A DNA stretch of 64,000 bases from contig OX597826.1 of NCBI GenBank assembly GCA_951406725.2, positions 16,740,001 to 16,804,000 on the forward strand, in the 5' to 3' direction. Source of the DNA: Octopus vulgaris (lineage: Eukaryota). The notes under the pieces are model-generated. The model made no database searches. It worked only from the letters and a program-made list of their open reading frames with translations, and had not been told where the DNA came from. Shown piece by piece: positions 55,216 to 64,000 of this stretch. How positions within the stretch are numbered: position 1 is the first letter of the stretch; each line of letters begins with the position of its first letter. A program made the translations under genes and the position numbers.

Positions 55216-57504
55216 AGGAATGAAGATGACGGTGTTACATTTTTTATTCAGTGACAATCCTTTCAATGAGCAGTGCAATATTCTATAAGACATGAGTTAT
55301 ACATATTCGAATTATTAAAAGCCCATACGATACTACTGACATGCCAATACTCATTTCTTTAGACTAGTGACACTGACAAATGATATTCGTTCATATATCA
55401 GAATTTTAGTCAATTCAATATAATGAAAGAGGGGAGAAATGTGAGAATCTAATAAATTATAAACAGCTATCTGTCACACTATCGGAAAGTCACTCAAGTA
55501 AGAAGACTATAGATATAAGTGATCGCATTTATTTTTGACGTTGATTAAATTCTAAACAATTTGGCTCACGACTATTGACAGGGTTCCAACTTTTATTCGG
55601 TTAACAATTAACAGCTTAAGTCATCTTTGAATATTACATCGCAATCTATTAACGATAATACTACAATTGTGCTTGTAATACAGTAAATAATAACACCTAT
55701 GATACTTAATAGCATGTGTAAAACTATTGCTCCTAACAAGTGCCCTTTAAATAACCAATGTCTTAGAACTAAAGTGGTATATAGATATCCAGTTACAATA
55801 CGCGATACAGTACATTACTAAATAAGTGAAATAGCTTTCAAATTTAAATTCGCATATATACTCACGTACATTTATTTAAGAATAAAAGAAAAGCAGTTAA
55901 CACTTATATTTTGGGGGTATCAAAACGAGGAATATCAGTTAGTGAATACGTATTGCACTCCCATCAAAAGGAGGTTGATAGCGGTAACCTGTGTTCTGTT
56001 GAGCAATCAGTTATCCTTAAATGTAAGTTTAATCTAGCTAACAGCTCAACAAATAATTGATCCTGTGTTCCCACTGATTCAATAAAATATACTTTTTAAG
56101 TATATTTTATAGTATATATATTCGATTAACTTAATCAAGTTGATGTTATAGATAGCTTCCTTATTCTTCGCGTCAATTTTATTCTTATCAATGAATCTAT
56201 GTAATTTACTCCACATCGCGAAACTTCCCGCTCAAATACTTTCGTTCGTAACTAATCAAACTGCCTGTTTAGATCAATTACAAATGTCCTTAACTTCCCT
56301 GGTAGTATTCATAAAGGCCTCACAAGTTATATTATGTACATATATTTTCCTTTTTGATTTTTGATTTTTAGTTTAATTTTATCGAGATAATTTTTCTTTA
56401 TCCCTTTTATCTTATTATTACTGTCACCATTCTTAGAAAATGATAATAGTAAACTGACGTCTTTTTGACCCCTTTGCTTCTATTCCTAGTGACTTTTCTT
56501 TACATATTTAGTATTTACATATTTAATAAATTATGTTGTTCTTCGCCAATTAATAGCTGCGACCCTAGCTGTTTACTATTGACTTAAAATGCAGCAATTA
56601 GTAGCTCTATCTTCATTATTAGTTATGGAAGCAATATCAGTGTGACTTATGGAAGTTGAGTATACTAAGAGAAGCCAACAATACTATGGTACTCGCCTTG
56701 GAAGATAATTTCTTTGGGACGTATTCTACTAAAAAACGTCGACGCATCTGTAACGGACGGTAAATTATCCAGCAGCGGCGGCGGAAATCCTAGATTACAT
56801 GATTTCCTCTATTTGCAGAAAATGCTGCATTATTGTGGCTTTTTCTTAGTATATATGGATGTTAAGGTACACAGATTGCTATACAGTACTAATATTGCTT
56901 CTGTTGCTAATAACGAATTTTTATCAGCGCACCAGTTATTTGTGACATCTACCTTTCTATATATCAGTAGAGAAGAAATTTGTCTTTGCCTGCAGTTGAC
57001 AGTGGATACTTTTTTATCAATGACTTCCAAATACGCAGAAATCCCGAGATCTAACAATTCCATTGCCACTGCTGAACAATTTTCCTCTATTACATATATT
57101 CATTTGCTTTTTCCCGAAGATTGCAGGGCAGTAGCTTTATTTTAGAATATCAACGTTAAGTAATATATAAAGTTTGCCATTCTGAAAGACAATCTGTTTC
57201 TATTTCCCCAACTTGAGTGAATTTCTGATAGTGTGACAACCAGCAGTTTATAATATATCTCTATCGTTTGTCCTTCCCTCATTCTTATATTTAATGCATT
57301 AAATTCTGATCTGTGTAATGATATATTCTGGCATTTCTTTTGTACTTAGTCTGTAGAAATGATTAGTAGAACTGTCATTTGATATCATATGGGTCACATA
57401 ATTTTATATGTATAACCTCCCATGTCGATTGATAAAACTATTCTACTGATTTTTTTAATGTATCGCAACTGATAAAAGAATCTAATTCTGTCATCTAAAT
57501 TCCT
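55216..57504. mobile_element. old TIR-bounded element: ~285 bp diverged inverted repeats around a degraded core
   Basis: 55216-55499 matches the reverse complement of 57211-57504, for example TGTCACACTATCGGAAAGTCACTCAAGT versus ACTTGAGTGAATTTCTGATAGTGTGACA. The interior has only a weak transposase-like hint. Confidence 0.65.
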
Positions 57505-57690
57505 TTAATTTTTTTCTTTTGTACTCTGAGATGAATGTCATCATCTCATAATCAGTACATTTTCAGAATTTAGAGTCTGTATGAAATATTATTACATTTA
57601 ATGAACATCTGTTGTTATTCTCCACAGTCTGACAACTATGATTTTCCACGGAGTGCTGACTCATATTTATTCAGCCAACCAACACACGCA

Positions 57691-57725
<35 letters not shown>

Positions 57726-59117
57726 GGACAAACAAACGTTCTCAACCCGACATATACACACTTATAGTTTCTCATTGTGTAAGTAGGTGTTATCGCACAA
57801 CTTCAAAAGTTCCATTCACACAATACTGTTATATCATTGGAAAATCAGTTAGTGCCGTGTTTTTATATATTTCAGTATTTTGCCCTTGTTTTTCTTCTTT
57901 TCACAACTTTATTTTCTCCTGGTTTTATCGCTTGCGAAGTTACTTACAATTTTGAGAACTTCATTTTGATATATACTGTAATTCTTTTATATAGTTGTGA
58001 GTTTTAATTTGGGTTGTTTCTGAAATAGCAATTTTATTGAACTTTATATTGTTGAACTTTGAACTTGTGGGTTACTCTTTTGCTACTGTTTAACATTTAG
58101 ATAAACGAGTTATGCTTTACTTTTAATAATCGATTAGCTTTAAGGTTTGAAGAAAATAAATAAGTCTTGTATTCTTAATTGATTTAACTGTTACATCCTC
58201 GCACGACGTAATACTGCACATTGTTGCAGATGATGTCATTTGCCAAAAAAGTTTAACTCGAAAAAATAAAATGCCATAAAGAAATTATGCGTGAAAAGTT
58301 GAGACGGAAGAGACAGAGGTGGCTGAGATAACCGCTGCTATTTCTAAAGGAAAAATAAGATATTAATTCTTGTGGTGACACATTTCATGACAGAAAGTCA
58401 GAAATAATGACAATCACTGGGAAATATATGAAAGTGCACACTAGAAGATAATTTTATATAGACATATACCAGGGAATAAAGAAACTCCTTAGGAAAAAGA
58501 TAAAGGTATTTACATAAATAAATATTCATAATTCTCAGAATAAATGAAGAGAAGTTGAAAGTTCCCCATCGAGAAATAGAAAGATGCAAATAGAAATACA
58601 TTCAAAAGACACCAGAAAATCTAAAAGAACAAAAACTAGATTTTGAACAAAAGAGCAAATTATATAAAGCAAAAGATTACAATCTATCTCTTTAGTAAAA
58701 ACGAATGCATAAACCTCAAATAATGCGTCACTTGTTAGTATATACCTCTAGCCGGGATGTTTTAAGGCATTCGAAACTCTTCATTTATCTTTCCCAAGAC
58801 GGGGTTCATATATTGATAGGGATGTGATGGTAGAGATATTTTACCAAAGACATGCTAACAATTCTGGTGTAGAAATATTCCTCCTGCTAATCAAAACAAA
58901 CCACTATACCCTTGGAAGTCGCTATATTACCAGATAAGCTATTATGACTAATTCTGCCTTTTCTTGTGTCCTCTTCCAAGACAAAAAAATACTTCATTTT
59001 CCGATCACTTGCTATCACTTTACAATGCACAAATACAAACTGAGAAGTTCTAATGCACACACGTAGGTCAGTATCACTGCATAAACAAGAACATGTGCAA
59101 AGATGATCTGATGACTG

Positions 59118-59278
59118 ATAGGTTGGAGAGAGAACTAGTTAACAAACTAGAAGGAGTTATTAGAAAATGCATCACGGCTGACATGTTAGCAGTAAGAATG
59201 GCCCCTTCAACATTTCTTTGAGGCGAAAAACCGAACGCGCATTATCAGAGCTAAGGCTCGTGCACTAAAACACGAAGC
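59118..59278 (+). repeat. inverted copy of LINE segment 59893-60052
   Basis: TAGTTAACAAA.TAGAAGGAGTT...CTGACATGTTAGCAGTAAGAATGGCCC...GCACTAAAACACGAAG is mirrored at 59893-60052. Confidence 0.88.
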
Positions 59279-59449
59279 GTTGCTTCACTTGCGGTTTTCC
59301 AGGATGATGCATGCTACCAAGACTTAACTCATCCGATGCATGCCATTACTTATCTCATACCAAATGGCTCTCCCACAATGAAACGCGTTGCTAAATGACT
59401 TTTTTCACTTAGGAATTCTGCCAGTTTGTCTTAAGAATAATAATAATAA

Positions 59450-62400
59450 CACGTCTCCATTGTTTGCGTCCCTTCCCAGCAGTGTTATCACACCCAGGAT
59501 AACAACTCTACGAATAGTCCTGTTCTGCTACCAGTTACTGTAGACATCTACCAAGAGGCAGCCAAACAAATCTGGCATGACAACATAGAATTCGTAGGGT
59601 ACAACATCCAAACCGGGTGATTTACGACTTGTGCAATCGCTCATCGCCTCTTATATTTCAGCGGTTGTTATCGGCTTTTCGCAGAATCTTGCGTCCGTCA
59701 CCGAGAGCCGTGGTAGGCCGTGTAGGTACGAAGTAAAGTTCGCTTCCGTCGTTCACCCATCACCCTCCTGAAACAGCCACGCACAGTACTGCTGGAAAGT
59801 TGCACACGTCCGTCTTGATCTGTCAAATACTTGATCGTGGTTCTCTTTCCATGTCGCATCTCTACCGTTAGGGCCCATCGGACGGCTTTAGTGTCTTCGT
59901 GTTTTAGTGCAGGATCTTAGCTCTGATAATACGCGTTCCGTTTTTCGCCTCAAAGAAATGTTCAAGGGCCATTCTTACTGCTAACATGTCAGTCGTGATG
60001 CCTTTTCTAACAACTCCTTCTAATTTGTTAACTAATTCTCTCAGCAACCTATTTCGTTCTATTGCTAAATCTTTCCTAAACGCTATCGATTCTACTCTAA
60101 TCGCTCTCTTCAGAGCGATCCATTACTGGTTGATGACGAAAGCCTCCGTCAACTGTCACTTCACCAGTTCGCTAATCCAATCCCTGTAGTCTTTGTCAGC
60201 CGGTAAGGACGCGTTCAACTTCAGTAACCCAGTCCCTGTCTTGAGGTCCTATTTAAATCGACTGAGCATATCACAATCTGGGATCGGTATAGTCGACCAA
60301 TTCAAATTGTTGACAACATATGCTATCGCTAGCCTCTGACCTAATAAATACTCTATCCAAATACGATGTGCATGACCTGCTATATGTCCACAGTGGCACA
60401 TCAGGGAAATCCAGTCGGTATCTCTCAGAAAGCTGGGAAGTCCTGAGCAGGTTTTCGAGGCTTTTACACCCCTTCTACCATGTACTAAACACATACACTC
60501 TTTCCATGCGTCCAAAATACTATTCCAATCCCCCACTAGTACTAAAGGGCGATACGTTCCCAGTAATATTTCTAGACGGCTGAAGAAATGTGACCTTCCA
60601 GCCCCTGTTGAGACACAAACCTCCACTACTCTATAGGCACCACCTTCACTTCCGTTCACGTCCAGGACCACTAACCTATTATGCGGATCGAGGAAGACAG
60701 CCCGTACTTGGAGATCTAAGGATTTCCGGAGCAGCATTGCTCTACCACCACCAGCTCTCGGTAGACCACACGATGAGAATACCTCGTAGTCTTCGAATAT
60801 TGCAGCTAGAGTGTGTTTTCAGGAGATCTTTGGTTCACTAATGACAGCCGCATCCACATCAAGTGACCTCAGACCATTAAGCAAGTGACCTTGCTTCCAG
60901 GCTGATCCCAGGCCACACACATTCACGCACTCCATTCTCAGCACAGCCATGCTAATAGGAGGGATAAAATGAGGAGTTTACCTTGGTTTTCGAGAAGCCC
61001 GAAAGGTCTGGGCCTCTCTACTGGCGAAAACGTTTTAAAATGCCTTCCCAACAACCTTTATCAATAATTGTTTTTTTAATCCCCACACTTCCTCGGAATT
61101 TTTCTATCATCATTTTATAAATGTCTGACAAAGTTTTAATTAAGTGTCTGTCCTAGGGGATTTTGAAGATAAAATCCTCAAATTCCCTTCCCTTTGTCTC
61201 TATGCTGTTTTTATTTTGATTTACAAAATCCATCAATTCACTGTTAAAATTGTTCACAACAGTAAAATTGATGGGTGGAGTTCGTCTACAGTCTGATGAA
61301 TCTTCTGTAATCGGCTGTTTTCTCTGTTCCTTCAATTGCATTCTGTTGTTGATGATGTGGATTTTGAAGTTGTTGATGCTCTTCTTAAAGTCTTTGTTGG
61401 CGTGGCTGTGAATTGTGTTGCAGTTGTAGATTCAGAAAACGTTTTTGTTGATTTCGCCTACACCCTTTTCTCACTGCGATCCATTGATAGTTCAGCTCTT
61501 CCTTCTCCATGTCATTACAGCTGATATTGGTTTGACAACCGCGGTTAGACTCCTTCTTTGTCTTGGTTTGGGAGTGGGTGTGAGAGTGGGAGTGTCAGAA
61601 GGCGTATTAGTCTTGTGCACCTAGTTATGATTTAGCATTTATAATGTTGACTGCGGTGAGACTTTATTTCCTTTGTTTCACGGTAGGAATCCCTTAAGTG
61701 TTTTACAGATCCCCATTTATGGCATCTTCATTTTCTGCCCTCCACGAACCCTGAGAGGTGTGTGCCATCCGGGAGATCGATTAGATCGGGCAGCTGTTCT
61801 ATATGGTTCTGATTGCACTGCCATGTCAGTTCTATACTTGTACCTAAGCAGTTTTGCTTAGGTTGTTTCTTCACCTACTGTATTGTGACTTCATCTTCTA
61901 AACCTGCCAAGACAGCCGCCAATAACCAAGTAATGGATATTTCTGGCCGCACATTCAGCACCCTAATCTTGGCAAGACGTTGGCCACGATATTTGGGGAT
62001 GCATGAAAAGTTGTCATTTTTCAAAGTGGTTTCGCAATTGCATTTACCTTCTTCTTCCGTCCCAAATCTCAACTAAATGGTTCCAAATTTCTTCGCTCCA
62101 GTGATGTGGGTCTTTTGTTCCCACACGCACCCAAGGCATTTTTGTACTTCGCTCTCGGGAGCATTTTCCGCCGATGCAACGGTTTGTGACCGTACATCTT
62201 GCGATATTTTCTGTCACCTCTGATTGAGGGTTAAGAGCTGCCCTTCTCCCATCCCTTTTAATATTTTTTCTTGCAAATTGTAATTATTCTTCGTCTATGT
62301 GGAAGCACTCCATATTTGTCGCCGCTGACATAAATGAAAGACGGGCGATATTTGCATTTTTGTGTTTTATTTCCTCCGTATTGTTGTTGCTGTTGTTGTT

Positions 62401-62880
62401 GTTGTTGTCGCTGCTGCTGCTGTCACTACTACTGCTGCTTTCAATGCTGCAGCTGCTTTCACTGCTGCTGCTGTTGCTGTTATTGTTCTAATTGCCGATA
62501 CCTAAAGTTTTGATATTGCTTAGAGACGAAACATCTTTCGCCATGGTGACGTCATTAAGTTTAAGCCATTCAATGTTGTCATTTCTTCCCTTGTTCCAAA
62601 AATTTCTCAAGGTGCGCGTTCCTTTATCGAACATTATGATGACTTCTTTATCCGTCATCTTTAAAAAATTGCAGAAAATTGCGAAATAATTGCTTTTGTC
62701 GAAAGTCGTTAAAATAAAAAAAATATTTTGCAGCGCGTATTTCTACACAAAAATACTATCTGCACAATCCAGACAATCTCCGAAATGTTATGGCAACAAT
62801 AGAAATTAAAAGACGGGGCCTTAGAAAACCGAAAATATTACAAATACTGTTTCAACTTACAGAAAACCATTTCTGTGACT
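59450..62880 (-). mobile_element. Tx1/L1-like LINE, 5' part retained (ORF1, APE endonuclease, RT start), degenerate
   Basis: ORF1 ATG near 62658 with a degenerate zinc knuckle at about 61700. ORF2 starts MAVLRMECVNVCGL (60950) and contains VLVGDWN, GY*KLN and KSPGLD..PYEFY. Confidence 0.85.
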
Positions 62881-62971
62881 TCACAGAATGGTGGTGAAAA
62901 TAAAGTAATAATAAGAATAACAACAACAACGACAATAATAATAATAATAATTATTATTATTATCATTATTA

Positions 62972-63183
62972 TGGTTTCAAATTTTGCCACACGGGCAGAA
63001 ATTTGAGGGTAGGGAATGAGTCGATTACATCGATCCCATTGTTCAACGGGTATTTATTTTATCGACCTCGAAATATTGAAACGTAGAGTCGACATCGGCA
63101 GAATTTGAACCCAAAATGTAGCGACAGGCGAAATACCGTCAAGCAGGTCGTTAGTGGCGCTAACGATTCTAACAGCTCACCGC

Positions 63184-63184
<1 letters not shown>
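62972..63184 (-). mobile_element. SINE family B
   Basis: Reverse complement of the head (GAGCTGTTAGAATCGTTAGCGCC) and the core are present. Confidence 0.8.
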
Positions 63185-63234
<50 letters not shown>

Positions 63235-63236
<2 letters not shown>

Positions 63237-63720
63237 GATCAAGGCTAATCGACCAGACATAATTGTTAAAGACAGGGAAGAAAATACCTGCAGACTAATA
63301 GAAGTAAGCGTCCCCACTGATAAAAATGTATCTGTCAAGGAATTTGACAAACTTAGTAAATATAAGGACCTGGAAATCGAAATACAGAGGATGTGGAATC
63401 TTAAAACAAAAACTGTTCCTGTTATTGTAGGTGCCCTAGGTATGATAAAAAAGGGATGTCAGAAACACCTAGACAATATCCCTGGAAAACCATGTCTCAA
63501 GGAAATCCAAAAGATTGTGCTAACAAGTACTGCCCACATCCTTAGAAAAACCCTATCAATGTAAATGTCTGTGTTTGCATTACATGGAGATATATCTCTA
63601 CTTCCCCTCCCCAAGCTTTCAGCTATATTTCAACAACTCTTAACCTTCACTTGCCCTAGGGCGCTGGGTGTGCCCCGGCAGGTGATTGCATCAAACATGC
63701 AGATTAAAAGTAAATGACAA
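63235..63720 (+). mobile_element. 5'-truncated R4/Dong-clade LINE: RLE domain plus 3' UTR, inserted in (TAA)n
   Basis: ANRPDIIV...LIEVSVP...K..KYKDL...VPVIVGALG...EIQKIVLTSTAHILRK (PD-(D/E)xK type). Open to the stop at 63564; (TAA)n on both sides. Confidence 0.9.
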
Positions 63721-63780
63721 TAATAATAATACTAACAATAATAATAATAATAATAATAATAATGATAATAATAATAATAA

Positions 63781-63948
63781 GTTTTGTCTTGGTATAAAAG
63801 ATGGGTTTTGTCTTGGTATAAAAGATGGGCTTTGTCTTGGTATAAAAGATGGGTTTTGTCTTGGTATAAAAGATAAATTTTGTCTTGGTATAAAAGATGG
63901 GTTTTGTCTTGGTATAATATATGGTGTTTTGTCTTGGTATAAAAGATG
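63781..63948. repeat. 24 bp minisatellite, 7 units (GTTTTGTCTTGGTATAAAAGATGG)
   Basis: Direct observation. The last unit continues into non-repetitive sequence GCTACAGCAAATATTCTGCTC. Confidence 0.92.
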
Positions 63949-64000
63949 GGCTACAGCAAATATTCTGCTCAATACCACAAATTTGATTGTCAGTTGTTTG

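Noticed and set aside
63781-63948. CRISPR-like array
   Set aside because: The units are contiguous with no unique spacers, and the context is eukaryotic.

Overview
AT-rich, microsatellite-dense animal non-coding DNA. The SINE repertoire looks like that of octopus/coleoid cephalopods (recognised from memory, not searched). No intact host protein-coding gene is supported: almost all ORFs in the track are microsatellite read-throughs. The window holds a full-length but mutated Tc1 (IR/DR, DD34E) element, a full-length but mutated mariner (DD34D) element, an older mariner, three relics of one Tx1/L1-like LINE family, R4/Dong, RTE, CR1 and L2 fragments, and many copies of two tRNA-like SINE families. 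The strongest unexplained signal is a set of about ten minimal type I hammerhead-ribozyme motifs (one with a fully canonical core at 12329-12389, minus strand) in short non-coding repeats. Many of these repeats form 110-330 bp inverted repeats with one end against a (TA)n or (CA)n tract. This fits non-autonomous Penelope-like or retrozyme-like elements that target microsatellites. SINEs also appear stacked serially into copies of one target site.
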